Below, one piece after another: positions 27,036 to 40,900 of a stretch of DNA of 64,000 nucleotides. Under the pieces are notes generated by a model. That model saw nothing but the letters and a program-made list of their open reading frames with translations. It was not told where the DNA came from and did no database searches. Origin of the DNA: Camelus ferus (Eukaryota). Position 1 is the first letter of the stretch; every line of letters begins with the position of its first letter. The stretch covers positions 95,296,001 to 95,360,000 of the forward strand of contig NC_045697.1 in assembly GCF_009834535.1 (NCBI RefSeq), given 5' to 3'. The translations under genes were made by a program, and so were the position numbers.

Positions 27036-28879
27036 TGTCTTTTAATGATATGGTTAACACAGTTCTGAAATGTCATCTTTATTATATCAAAATATTAGCT
27101 AAATGCTAATGGCTAATATTAAGTATATTTAAAAAATTGGACAGAACCAGGTAAGTGTGTTATGTGTTGCTGTTATTCAGGAAAAATAAATTGTTTTAGC
27201 TTGGGAGGAAATAATATTTTAATGACATCTATGCATAAATGTCGGCAGATGTGTTTGCATGTGTTAATGAAAGCATTCACTTTTATGGCTTTGGATATCT
27301 GTAGGTTATTTCTATGTTGAAGTTTATTTTTTGAAGTGAATAAAACAGCTTTGTTTACTTAGAAAATTAATTCTTTAAATATTCATGAGATAACAATATT
27401 TGCTATTATTATTGAAATGCATGATAACTTGTATTTCAATAGTTACTCATCAACCTTATTTTACACTATTAATTAGATTTCAAAGGCTATTATTCTTCTA
27501 TTTAAGAAACATGTTTTGCTTTCTGCACATTTCTAATTAATATTAGTTAAAATATCAAATTTTTAAATTTATGGCAATTTTTCAAATAATGATACTTGAA
27601 GTAAAATTTCTCTACGTAAAAAGAACTGTAAGCTTACAATATTAAATGTTATTAATGAAACTGTTTAAACTAACAATGCAGGTAAATAAGGTATACAGAT
27701 AGCGCAACTAGTAAATATTAAATTTAATTATAAAATAATGTCTAAATTAAGTCAATTGAATTATTTGCACCTTTTCAGCTCCTTTCTTCCTGTCACACCT
27801 ACCATGTACAATCTCAACCACAGATTGTCTTAAAATGTGTATTCATTCTTCATTGAGAGTTGTGGTTGAACAGGGTGGGAGGAAAAAATTGAGCTGGTTC
27901 TTCCACAAGTTATTAGTTCCAAACTCAAATAGGCCCATAAATATGGTTTACAACATATGTACTTGTTTTTCTTCTTCTAACTCCCAGTAATCGTTGCAGC
28001 CGTATCAAACTTGTGTCCAGATAGTCAAATCCATTTCAAAACCTCCTTCTCAGTCTTGTCAATGGCTTTAAATATAATCTTTTCATAGAGAATATGGATA
28101 TTATCAGGTCTAAAGTCCATTTCTCCTCAACTCACCATATAAAAGATAGTACTTTACCCCCAGAAAAAACTCCAAGATCTTTAGAAATAAAACTTCTTCA
28201 ATACATTTAAATCAATACTATAGACTATTCAAAAATCTTGCCTATCACAAATAATTAGACATCATGTAGTATATAAAACAACAAACCTCTTTTTAAATGT
28301 TTTTAAGGAAATGAAGAAAATCCTCTGGGCCTTAAACAAAGAAGGAGCTGCTATATAAGCAAGCTATCATTCAAAATGACTTAAAGTTGGTTTTCAACCT
28401 ACAATGATGTAGTTGTTTGGATAGTAATGAGCATATTTTGGAGAGGAGATAAAATCTTCAGCCAAATTAAATTGGGTAATTTGAATTGAGATCTGTAAAG
28501 CCAGGGTTTCAAATGGCTCGACATGCAAACAATGAGATGTTTGAAGATATCTTTCCATCAGCAAAAGAAAAAGAAAAAGAAAAAAAAGATCTTTGTATGA
28601 ACTTTAGGAAGAAAAAATCAAAGCTCCCTTTTCACTATAATTTTGATGATTTAAAATTCATGTTCTGTCCTTTGCTAGGTTGTACCTTCAAATGGGTACT
28701 ACTGTCTGGTCCAGATAACTCAAAGTTGAGAAGCAAGTTTAATTGGTTCCAGGTTGATAGAAATTCAGTGCTCTGAAAGAAGCAAAAACCTCTATTACTT
28801 CAAAGGTGCATAATCTCAAAGTAGGCCTTCCAGGATGAGCCACATACACCTCAGATAAACACAAGCATGCTCACATCAT

Positions 28880-29570
28880 CACACATGGGTTCTTCGGAGC
28901 AGGAGTCAGTGGAAATGACACACAGCAGAATTCAAACTTCTAATGACCTTATATATTATAATTGTCATGTTGTATTAGAAGGGTGATTAAAACTTTTAAA
29001 AATTTAAAAAGAGGAATTTAATACCTGAGCAAAGAATAAGCTATTTTCAAAAATGACATAATAAACTTGAAAAAAAAACTAGAAATAAAATATTTTAATT
29101 AAAATTAAAATTAAATTGATTGGTAAACAACAGACTGAATGAAGCTTGAATGAACTAAAACAGAGATGAAGATGTTAGAAAAGATAAAATTCAGAAGGCA
29201 AAGAGATGGAAAATATTTATACTTTTTGAATCACTGGTAGAAAAGGGTAGAATGACAAGATCTATCCTAAGTATTACCAAAATTCTAAAAGGAGAAACCT
29301 GAATAGCGGAAGGAGAATTCATGATGATATAACGGACAAAGATTTTTCAGAGTTTATTAGTGATATTAATCTCAGATTCAGTAAGATACAAGGAAATTCA
29401 GTAAGTGTATTTAAAAAAAAAAAAAAAAGCTCATGTCGACACGTCATAGTGAAACTGTTGATCATCAACAGCAGTGGGAGAATCTTATAAACATCCAGAG
29501 TAAACAGGTTTCCAACAGACAAATCTCAATTAGCAGGACTGCAAACTTATAAAGAACAATAACAAATTAG
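28880..29570 (+). mobile_element. Ancient L1/HAL1 ORF1 region relic
   Basis: A-rich ORF1-like text 'caaagagatggaaaatat...gatttttcagagttt...ctcagattca...gacacgtcatagtgaaactg...gagaatcttataaacatccagag'. No intact frame. Confidence 0.7.
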
Positions 29571-30993
29571 TGAAAGGAGAAATGAAACAGGGTTGGCATA
29601 ATCTTTTTTCCAGGCCTGTGGTATTGATGTCTTCTACTCATTTTCTGAAGTCATATACAGCTGTGATTTTTATCATCAGCCCAAACTGACTGACATCAGA
29701 ACCAGCTTTGTGTAGAATGGCTGAATCGTCCAATTCCCTCTGTGGCCTTGGTGTTGCATCCCAAAGTACCTTCATCATCTCCAAAGTGTTTCTCAAAACT
29801 GTGTGACCTTCTTGTCCTCACTATTATTATCTTACTTCACTTTTCCTCACTTTTTTGCCCAACTAATTTATTAGATGATGAAGGATTGAAGGAATTCCAA
29901 TATATTTTAATTTCAGTGGAGTATTGTGTTCCTGTCTTACAAAATAACTTTTGAATGTTAATTAAAATTGGCTTGCCCATGAACACTATGGAACCACAAA
30001 TCAAACATAGCTGATAAATTATTACACGTCTAATTATGGGAAATTGTGTTAGCTTTGTTTAAATATCAATTGAAAAGGACATAATTAATCTTAATTAATC
30101 CTTAGAAAATCCCAAATTAAATAGTTATATTATTTTCCAAAAGATGACAAAAATAGTAATGCATACCTTGGAATGATAATAAAATATATTCAACTTGTTT
30201 TAAGCATCAAAACTTGCAAATGGGTACATTAAATGTATTAAATACAGCATTCCTCTTGTATCATACACATTTGTTAAATAATAATCCCAGAAATCCATTT
30301 CTAAAATAACTTCCATTTTTATAGATTGCTCAAATAAGGACCACACACTAACTTACAAAAAACATTTCATACCAAAACACATTTATAAATTCAGATACTG
30401 GGAGGTTTTAAATATAAAATGCTTAGCATGGAGGTGATTGGGACCAGATGGGGAATGATTGGAATATCAGATTTCCAAGTCCTAGGAGATCCCTGATCAC
30501 TGACAAAGGACAAAATGCGCACAAGGTGCAAAGCACAGTTTCAAGATGCAGTTAACACCTTTATTGATTGTTATTCTTTATGTAGTAGCTCAGAAAGCAT
30601 GAAGCCAGATGACTGATTCCAGACATTTTGATACCTCAGTGACCAATTCCAGAAGGTGCTAAGAAAAAGGGAAAAATACTTTTTAAGTTGATGGTTTCCA
30701 TCCCTATACCAAATCATACAATACAATTTTGAATCCAGTTTAAAACTTTTGGCTCTTATCTGAAGGTCTGGAAAGGTGAGGCCCTCACACCTCAGCAACC
30801 ACATGACTGCATTCACCCTCTGCCTTCTGATCCACTGACTTAAAATGTTGTTTATCCCAAGATTATTATTAAAGGAACTGAGTAAAGGAAACTTATTTAT
30901 TGCAGTTAAAGGACAAAACCTGTAGAAGAGACTTTTTTTCTCCATTTCCAATTAGTCCTTTGAAATTCACTTAAGTCTGGGTTCAGTATCTCT

Positions 30994-30994
30994 T

Positions 30995-31045
<51 letters not shown>
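30994..31045. repeat. (TTTA)13 tetranucleotide microsatellite
   Basis: Directly counted perfect run. Confidence 0.95.
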
Positions 31046-32046
31046 TTTTTTATTTTGAGGAAAAGTAGATTTACTGTTCACAGGCATTCAGTTATGATGT
31101 ACAATATCAAGATTTCCTTTCATTTTACTATTCTTCTCAACCTCATCTATACTTTATTAATGGATATTTCTCTAAATCATCATTTGTTCACCAATTCAAC
31201 AAATTCAACAAGTCTTTCCCGCCACCCCCCATACCCCCCCTACAAATCTTCTCTAAGTATCCAAGGAGCAGAGATTGGAGCTGAAGAGATCAAAAATAAT
31301 CAAGTTCTGCCTCTAGTGGTAGCACTCTATTAGCACTGATAAAATGATTAATATTGGGATCGCTGTTTGCCAATATGTTATTTTGTGTATAAACGTCATC
31401 ATGTGATACATTTTATTCTGAAATGGTAATTTAGAGCTATGGTTAGAAGGTTGAAAGTCTGAAACCAAAAGAACATTTTCTGTGATTAATTTTAGCCACA
31501 TCATTTGTTAATTTGGCTCTTTTGAGGAGCAGATAACAAATGTGATTAACCGTGCAAAATATTTGTATAAGTTTTAAGTGGTATTAATAATTTATTTTTA
31601 TTAAATATGTCTAGGAAGACACATAAAAGAAAAAGAAATTATGAAGACATCAGAGGGATATAAAGAAAAAGTGTAAACAATACACATTAAAACAAATCCA
31701 TAGGGTGATTTATCAAAACAGCCTAAAATAATTGAATTTCAGACTAATATGCATGTATTATATAAACAGGGCATCAGATTGTGAAGAGCAGATCTCATTG
31801 CAAACCACAGTTGCAGCATGCTCATGAGATGACTGAAGGAAAATAAAAACAATAAAAATTGGCAAATTACTCCCAAGTCATGCTGATCATGGTTTATTTG
31901 TAGTACTTTCTATTAATATCACTAAATTACCCCATTAGTCAACATTCCAAGAATTAGTAGAATTACACAGAATGACTGGGGATGGTATGAGATCAACTAT
32001 TCTCTGTGACAGAAATATTTTTATAAATGTTGAGAGGTACATGGTC

Positions 32047-32760
32047 TGTGACAGCCATTAGAATCTACCTCTCCAGTCTCTGAGTACAGCAGACATAATT
32101 GAGCAAAGGTTCCAGCCATGCAGCCATGAAATCCATCAGATTTCCTATGAAATCCATCCTTCTCGCTAGCTATTCCCAGTCAGGGACTGATCATGGCAGG
32201 GATACTAAAGTCACATCCATTCCTACAAGAACTGGAATCTTCTAGCACTTGGGTGACTTTGGCTCAAAGTCTCCTCAGAGACCATGCTGAACTCTTAGGA
32301 CTTCATTGCCATATGGCATGGTTAACTATAGTCACCATGCTGTGCACTAGTATACTTGAAAGATGCTGAGAGTGTAGATATTAAATGTTCTCACCACACA
32401 CACATACACAAAGTAGGTGAAGTGATGGATATGTTAACTAAGCCTATTGTAGTATCATTTTACAATATATACATATATCAAATCATCACCTGAAACTTAC
32501 ACAGTGATACATGTCAATTATTTCTCAATAAAGCTGGGGGAGAAAAAGAACTGGATTGCAGTCTAAGATGCTTCTGCCAACCCTTCTTTCCCTCCTCTCC
32601 CTCTTTGCTTTAACCTGAATCAAAGCTGCATCAAGTTCTGATGGTTCTCCTGCCTTTCCCTGATTCCTTCATTTCCCTGTATAATCATTGTCCCTAACAA
32701 ATCTCTTGCAGGTTTAGTTGTACTTTGGATTCTGCTTTTCAGAAGACCCAGGCAAAGTCA
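32047..32760 (+). mobile_element. LTR16-like ERVL solo LTR, interrupted by L1MA fragment
   Basis: Starts 'tgtgacagccatt'. Internal 'gactgatcatggcagggatactaaag...ccattcct...gactttggctcaa'. Ends 'taacaaatctcttgca...tctgcttttcagaagaccca'. Confidence 0.7.
32311..32547 (+). mobile_element. L1MA8/9-like 3' terminal fragment with short 5' inversion
   Basis: 'tatacttgaaagatgctgagagtgtagatattaaatgttctcaccac...gtgatggatatgttaacta...atgtcaattatttctcaataaagctggggg'. Confidence 0.85.
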
Positions 32761-35201
32761 TGATTTGACAAAAACTTATTAAAATATCGCTTTTCCCCCC
32801 AGATTTCCAACCCTCAAATCACCACTTTGAATGACTATTTGAGAATAACATGTGGAGAAGGAGCCACCACTCAAGAAATGTATTGGCTCTGTGACATTGT
32901 TACCAAGAAATTTGTTAGCTGTGTGTCTTTACTGCTATTTCTGTGCTTCATTGTGGTTCTTTATGTCTTTTTCTTTGGGTGCAGTTACAGAAAATGAAAG
33001 CAAAGAAAACAGATTATTACTTGGTCTGTAAGTGTTAAGGGGGAAGAAAAACAAAACAAAACAAGAAAATAGGGTAAAATAAAATAGCTTTGGAAGGAAA
33101 GCAAAGACTGATAAATCCTACAAAAGGAAGAAAGAGGACACAGCTCAGTATAGCAGCACCTGAGAGGTCCACAAAAGATTTTGCCAGCATTACATGAAAA
33201 ACAGAACAGCATACACAGCTTTTGTTCAAATACTGCATAATGATTATCAAATACATATTTACACACATATTTACCCAAATGTTCTTACTAAAGCATTAAT
33301 TTCAGTTTAAGTAAGATTGAGTTTCACCTAAGTTAAGAAACTTGATAGTAACATGTCACAGTTTCTTCTTACAGATTATTAACATGGTAACAAACTGAAT
33401 TTAAGCTTTGTTGTTACAGATAGAAATCATTTTACATAATCTCCATGGTTCCTTTGGGATGCTTTTTTTTATATAGTAATAATAATTATTTCTATTTGTT
33501 GAGTAGCAAAAGTATCAATAATTAATTGATAAAGAAAATATGTTAATTATTGAAGATAAACTGAAGATGTAGTTACTTATCAATTAACTCATTAACATGT
33601 AACAGGTGAAAAGTTGAGCAGAAAAATTAATCATGTGCAGTAAAGAAGTAAAACAGGCAAAATTTTTAAAAAGTTATTTTATATATTGTCATGTCTAAAG
33701 ATAAATACTTAACTTTACATTGTTGATATGGAAAACATTGTGAGCAGGAAAACTGAGATGGTTGAGAGCAGATACCCACAATTTTGTTCTACTGAATATA
33801 GTGTTGTGAATTTTTCTTCAAAAAGTGTTGTCCTTAGTCAAGTTACTTTCTTCTATGAATTCTGAACTATTTGTCTCCCAGTGGAGATGCACATAACACA
33901 GTGATGTAGAAAAAGCCTTCTGCACAGGCACAGACACAGCATACACATGGGCACATCTGAACCTGTTCAACTTGTTTTTTAACTTCTTGCTCCTAAGTTT
34001 ATTTGCCTTCCCTAAATTTTTAATGTGACATTTAATAATATATTATTAAATAGAATTCAACTTTTCTACACTCATATTTATATATATCCTTTTGTCAGTT
34101 ATAATGATAAAATATTCTATATTTAATAACAAAGTGTTTCATGCTAGTAACATTTAAACCCACTATTTAGGCATATCTTAGAATATTTTGTTACTTTGAT
34201 AAGCTTAAAAATCCTATACTAAGAAATGATGCAGATTAAAATACCCTATGTCTGATAAATATATACAGGGGGAAAAATGGCAGGAGAAATTTCGCAGCAT
34301 TCTGTGAAGACACATAAAGAAAGGGAGGAATTTGTTAAGGACAAAAAAAAAAGTAAAGTAAATAATTATGAAGTTAGAAGGTGGAATATTTCCATATGAC
34401 AGGACTTGATGAGTATGTGAATGCATCCAAATATATGGTAGGCATTTGCCCCTTGGAAGTGTCCCTCCTCAAGCCTAATGATGACAGCCCCTGAGTGAAC
34501 ACCTACATGCAGATGGGCTTCCCTTGGAAGGAGCAGGCGTTTGGGAACTGTGTTTACTCCTATTGTCCTTATACTTTATCCTTCAAATTGTCTGTTTACT
34601 GGCTTGACAGGTAATCAGATGAAAACAACCTTAAGCCTGGTCATCATCTTATCAATCTTTGACTTGGGGCTGCTCTGTGTGGTGTGGTCTGGCTCCTGTG
34701 ATGGAGTTAACGGGACTGATAATAAGCATTTAAGCATTGGGGGGTAAGGAGGGTCAAGTACTGCCAATTTTCTGGGGTTGAGTGATGGGACCCATGCTAT
34801 TTTTGTATATTTAGGCTGTTTCCCAGGGAATGGGGGGAGGGAATAGTCACCCATGGGGGAGGCAAGCAGCCCTGCAACCAGACTTGGGTTCAGTATATGA
34901 GGTCTGAAGAGGATTTGTATGGACAACAGCTAAACTTCTCATCCTGCTCTTCTCAGAAAAGCCCCAGTTTTGAGAAGGGGTACTAGTTTTTTATCTCTGT
35001 TGGAGATTTGCCAACAGATAATGAGCCAGTGCCTGAAGGCCAGTGCTGATTGAAACTTGGTGAGGAACTTGTCTTAAGGTGGTTGCACTGGCCTCAAAGA
35101 GTCAGTGAGAGTAATAGGGCATTAGCTACAAGGCCTGGTAAGAAGCTGCTGTATGTAAAATAACAACAGAACAAAGCACCTGTGGTGTCAGATCACTCTC
35201 A

Positions 35202-35675
35202 TTAGTAGGCAGAAGAATGCCCCCCAAAGATGTCCACATCCTCATCCAAGGAACCTGTGAATACGTTAGGTTACATAGCAAAGGGAAGTAAGTGTGCAGA
35301 TGGAATTAAAGTTTCGAATCAGCTGACTTTAAGAGAGAAAAAATAGTACCTTGGTGATCCAGGTAGGCTCAATTTAATCACAGCTACGTGGAAGCAAGAG
35401 GTAGAAGGGGCAGAGACAGAAAGAGTGTGGGAGAGACGCTGGGAGGGTCTGAGAGCCAGAGAACGTAGCCAGTCTTTAGAAGATGGAAATAGGAAGAAAA
35501 TGAATTTTCCTTCAGAGCCATGAGAAAGTAATGCAGTTCTGCCACACCTTGATCTTCACCTGATGAAACTCAGGAATTTCTTAACTACAGAATTGTGAGT
35601 AAATACTTTTGTGGGGTTTTCTTTAAGCCACTAGTTTTGTAGTCATTTGTCACGGCTGCTTTAGTAAACTAGTAT
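35202..35675 (+). mobile_element. MLT1D-like MaLR solo LTR
   Basis: 'gtaggcagaagaatgccccccaaagatgtccacatcctcatccaaggaacctgtgaatacgttaggttacatagcaaaggg...ttaagccactagttttgtagtcatttgtcacggc'. Confidence 0.9.
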
Positions 35676-37522
35676 TTTCTTGTAGAGCAGGTTTGGGCAA
35701 TGCTAAATTATTCATTTCTTATAGACATAAAGGGAGTCTTTTGTACTTAACGGCACCTCCAATTGCATCAAAATACGATCCTAGACATCAAGCTTATACA
35801 TAGTCTCTAAATCCTTATTATTATTTTTTTCTTTAATTCTAAACATCAATAGCAGAGGGTCTGCTGGATTGGTTGGTCTTTGCTGTCCTGTCCTGTCTGT
35901 CTTTGCTGTCCTGACTGACTGTGAACATATTACAAGCACCCCTTAAATTCAGATCATCTTATTCTTTGTTGAATGGTTGAAATAAATATTCTCATTTTCC
36001 AGTCTTGTCAGGAGAGAAAAGTGGCAATGAGGAAAATGATGTAACTGGAATATGGGATAAGGACATGTGGGGCCTTTTATGGTTCTTCTAAGAAAAGAGT
36101 GGTAACTTTGAGTTTCTAGGCAACGGTTTATCAAGAGAAAACCCTGTGGTTGATTCAGGGTGCTTCATAAAATAAAGGATCTCCTGACAGAATATCACTC
36201 ACCACAGCCCTACAGATAGCACATACTGAAGTCCATCAGTAACCATATTTTCTAAACAAGAATGAAGACTGGGTGAGCATTTAATATGCACTACCCCCAC
36301 TCTCCTCCCTGGATTATAACCTCTTCAAGGCCATTAATGATGTCCCCTATTGCTTTGAAAGAGTGTATATGTAAGTCTGGCCATACTGAAAATGTTCTGT
36401 AATGATTTGATGATTTGTTAAGTGCATAGCATCCAGGGGGAATATCTTAAAGGATGTGTTCTGAAGTCAAAATGTTTATTTAAATTTATAACAGGGAAGA
36501 GCATAATGTTGCTTCTTGTAGTGTTTTTCATGTCCTCATGCTGAACTTGCAGATGAGAGTTGTTCTTCGTATGAGGAAAGACTCCTTGCAAGCATACATA
36601 GCAACGTGACAGACAGAACTGACATCTGCTGGGATTCTAAATCTTGCAGAGACTAATAATAGATGACACATTAAGAATAATTGACAGTGTCATTGTGAAG
36701 TATTTATAACAACAGCAAAAGGGACTTCGACTGATAGCTGGTGGAGAAGGCAAGGGACTGTCAGAGGGAAATAAATGATTTCATAGGTGTTAGGCTTCAA
36801 ATCTACCTTAATAAGCCCTCAGTTCATGTGATAAGTGAATAGTCTGAGTGTTCATACTAGTTTTCTTTTCCCATTTTCCCACAGAACAAACCACATGATA
36901 GGCTTTAATAACATTCAGGAGAGTGGGCAGTTTCTACATTAGAATATGAGTAGAAAAGATCAGTAATCTGTTTATGCTATATGGTTATCGCTAGTTTATG
37001 TTATGCCATTATTACTGACATATGTTACATTTAGGCATAGACTGAGCTGGCATCAAATACTTTTAAAAGCACCTGCCTACACTGTCCTTATTTTAGCCAT
37101 TAGGATGAAACACATTTTTTAACAAATGGCATTATTGTAATTAGCACTCCTTATAATGATTTTGGGGAGGTGATAATTAGTTTAATCCTATTAGCTTTTA
37201 AACAGAAAGAATTAATGAAAAAATGCATGTTGATAGGTACTTGGAATTTGGGACTTGACCAAAAAAAAATTATAGCTTATGTCAAGGAGAGGCATGCCAT
37301 AAAGAAAAATAATCAAGGTATTTCACAAAAATTTTATTGAATTAAGTTAAATATCTGTTATAAGGAAGCACTATATATGGTGGGTTAGAATGACTAAAAT
37401 TTGGTCCTAGCTCTGCTGTTTACTGAAGTCTAACTCTCTAAATCTGCTTCAGTTTTATTTTAAGGCTCAAATAAAATAATGTATGTGAAACTATCTTACA
37501 CACAATAAAACACTATATAATT

Positions 37523-37915
37523 GTGCCAGAGGTGGTCAGCCATCCACAAAGGTTCCTATTTTCTCTTCCATAGAACAGAATGCCAAGCATTGCCACTCTT
37601 CATTTTTTGCACATCTAGAGAGTCTAGTTCACAACATTGGTGAATGAAGTGTGTAACATTTCCATGTCTTGGGCAAAACAAGAATGTCTTTACCATGATT
37701 TCTGTCCATCTGTCTAGTCTGCTTACTGAATACAAAAGACTTGAAAAATCAGAAGGAGTCTAGGTCCCTGAGTCATCACATGAAAAGACATGATCTTGCC
37801 ATGAATGTGTTCATTGTGCTGTAATGTGAACAAGAAATAATTGTGTGAAAATAGTTGAAATCTGAGATTTGCTTTTTTCAGAATCTAGCATTGTTGCAGA
37901 ATCTAGTACATTCAT
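37523..37915 (+). mobile_element. Old MLT1 (I/J-like) LTR relic, preceded by MIR (~37365-37520)
   Basis: 'gaaggagtctaggtccctgagtcatcacatg...tgtgaacaagaaataattgtgt...gaaatctgagatttg...tagtaca'. Confidence 0.6.
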
Positions 37916-40900
37916 ACAAACATTTTGAATTAGCCTTCATGTAGTAACATGTTAATATATTCACCTGTGCTAAGCATATATATTCTTTAAAATGCTTTTG
38001 TGAAAGAGATGCCAAAATTTCTATATATCACACAGAGGATCATTTTGGAAGATTTCCTACATATTTCAATTTTATAATCTATGAAATAAAGACATTTGGA
38101 AGTATGAAGGAACATATTTCTTATGAATGAGGAGGCTTTAGGCAACTGTGAATATAAATGTGGTCACATTAATATGACTCCCTCATTTCAGCTCTTGTCT
38201 TCTACCTACTGACTCTTGATATTAGACATGTATCGTTTCCATTCCTATGTAGTACTAGGTCTACCCAAGGAATAATTTACTCCTGTCCACAACTTTGGTG
38301 GATTCCAATTTCCCACTCCTGCTACCCTTTATTTTTCACTACCATGCATCAGGCATGATTTGCAGACACCCTGGTGGCTTAGCTTCAGCTCTCCAACGGC
38401 ATCCTTTAGAATACCAAGATCTGCTTCTGCAAATTGAGTTGCATATTAGGCTACAGGCAAGTTGAGCTACAGTGTCCTGGTGTCTTGCTTAATAACACTC
38501 TTATAGAGTGAGAACAGGCTCCTTTCCTTCTGTGTTATATTCAGTAAAATGATCAAAGAATGTTGTATTCTAGTCTACCTAAGGGCCCATAGAAGTTTTG
38601 CTTAGAATATGCAACAATACAGCAATAAAATATTGCTACATATTTCATATCAACACTTTTTTTCTTTTCTTCTTCCTTTCTTCCTTTCTTATCCACATGC
38701 ATTTCCAGACTGGTTGGGTCTCTGAAGATCCAAGGAATAGCCACATGGCAAACCCATGCACAGTGCCCCTCTTCAGACCATCTAGAAGTGTTGCTAATAC
38801 TGGTGTTCATTCTAGATTTCTCTCACTTAACGATCTTATTGTCTGTCTATAAAAAACCTTCAGTTCCTTCCACCACATCTTTATATATCTGAATCTTATA
38901 TGTGAAATAGAATTCACATGTCTTCTCACCTCCCACCCACCAAGGAGCCTTTATGCAAACCACCTTTGCAGATAGTTACATAAGGATGCTTCACTTGACA
39001 GATGAATCCAATCCTTGTCCCTGGCCCAACCTGTATAAAGTGTTGCAAAAATAAACATTATTTGTATTTGTTTACTTGTTTCTTCTGAAAATATTTTAAA
39101 ATCTTATTGCTGTTTTTGGAAGAAAACTTAGTTTTAAGCTAATTTTCTGTAAAGTAGCTCACCCATCCCTAATGTTAGCTCTAATTTCATGCAGGGTGAG
39201 GATGAAATGTGCACATCTCATGTGGAAATAATCTTTTTCAGGACTGAAACCAAATTAAAAGAAAAAAAATTGTTTAAGTAACTACCCATGAGGGATAATC
39301 CTTTAATGCATTAGCTAGCTGACAATCGCTCATGAAACACTACAAGTTTTAAAAGCATATTTCCTTATTTCTGTATTCTCCTGTTTTTAAAAGAGTTTTT
39401 AAAAGTATTTCCTTATTTCTATATTCTCCTTTCATCTTCATCCTAAATTTCAGTCTTCAGAAATTGATTTTAAAAGGTACAAAGAAATACCTGAAGTCTA
39501 GAAGTTTCACATTAGAAAGGTTATTTTCTAATTATTAATGAACTGTGGTGCTTCTAAACACACAGATATAGAATTAAAATGGCAAAGAAGCAGGAAGGAA
39601 AAATGCTTTCAATTCTTAGGAGTATATAATCACTTCAAACAGATTGACATGCAAAAAGAAATTCTCAGAACGTTTCAGAAAAAATCTTTACATAGCAGTT
39701 CATTGAAAGGCCAGTTTTAGTTATTCAATTTCACATTTCCAAAAACTCTTGACATTTATATATTACCATAGTGGCAGCACAGTGAATATCTCCAAAGGGA
39801 GATAGTGGGTCTTGTGATGCACTAAGTGTTATAAAGGACCGTCATTTTGCAATTTCAGATTAAGTCAATAACTGTATTACCATGTAAGCGGTTTTCATGA
39901 CAGAAACTCAATAATCACTTGTTTAACCCAGACTGCACACCGTGGAATTGTCCAAACCATATAACCAATCCAGTAGGATGAGTAAGTTAGGATACACATC
40001 TAGTAACATCTAGTAAAAACATCTTGTTTTTTATGGGAAATAATTCAATTAGAAAATAATCCATATTTTATATGTGTATATATGAGAAAATATCTAGTAG
40101 TCTTTTTATAGGAAATAGTACAGATAAAATTTATTCTGATTACCTTCACACAGAAAAAACTACCATATACACAATTTCCAAATTAGAAGGAGCAGTAGAT
40201 ATTAAAGAAATCAGTAATTTTGTCAATAGCTAGCTGCTGAGACATGCTCAAAAAGGAAGAGAAATTTTGTCCTATTACCTATAAATTGAATCTCTAGGAA
40301 ATAAGCTTTCCATATAAGGTATTCTTATCTTTTATAAATATAGATTGGCTTTTAAGTATACATTGGTATCTATTATCTTATTGGTTATCAGAAACCCTGT
40401 GAGCAATTTTTGTAACAACCTTATGGGGGAGACTGCCAGGTCAAATGGCTGCAAAAGTGAAATACTGTTCCCTAGCACTCTTGTTTTACTCTGGAAGCAG
40501 AGGTCTCTGCTGATAGGATGATGTGCAGACATGACTACACACCCTAAATGTGGTCTGACAGGTACATTAAAGAAAGGTAAGGGTTTCTATCTTGTGCTAG
40601 GTTAAAACGTTCTGTGATTGCCAAAAATATATTGAAAGGAGGCTTTCCAATGATGATAAATAAAACATTTCAATCTAGACCAATTACCCTCTAAGCACAA
40701 CAGTGTTATTACTGAAACATTATTATTTATTAAAAAGAATATTTTTTTCAAAATCAAAAAGTATATGTTGGTAAATATTAAATATATTTCATATTCAATA
40801 TTTTCCAAAGAGATACGAGGCTATTTTGATAAAAACAAATACTTTAAAAGGTATGTTGTAAAAATATTTGGAAACTGGGTATTAGAGTCAGTATCTAGTT

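Noticed and set aside
30571..30951. Longest ORF in the track (126 aa, minus)
   Set aside because: No recognisable domain and no convincing splice or promoter context. Its length is compatible with chance in 64 kb.
11183..35675. Two MLT1D LTRs as ends of one provirus
   Set aside because: They are in opposite orientations, 24 kb apart and mutually diverged, so they are independent solo LTRs.
40501..40576. Plus-strand segment ending in strong donor AAG|GTAAGG
   Set aside because: All frames contain stops and the acceptor is poor.
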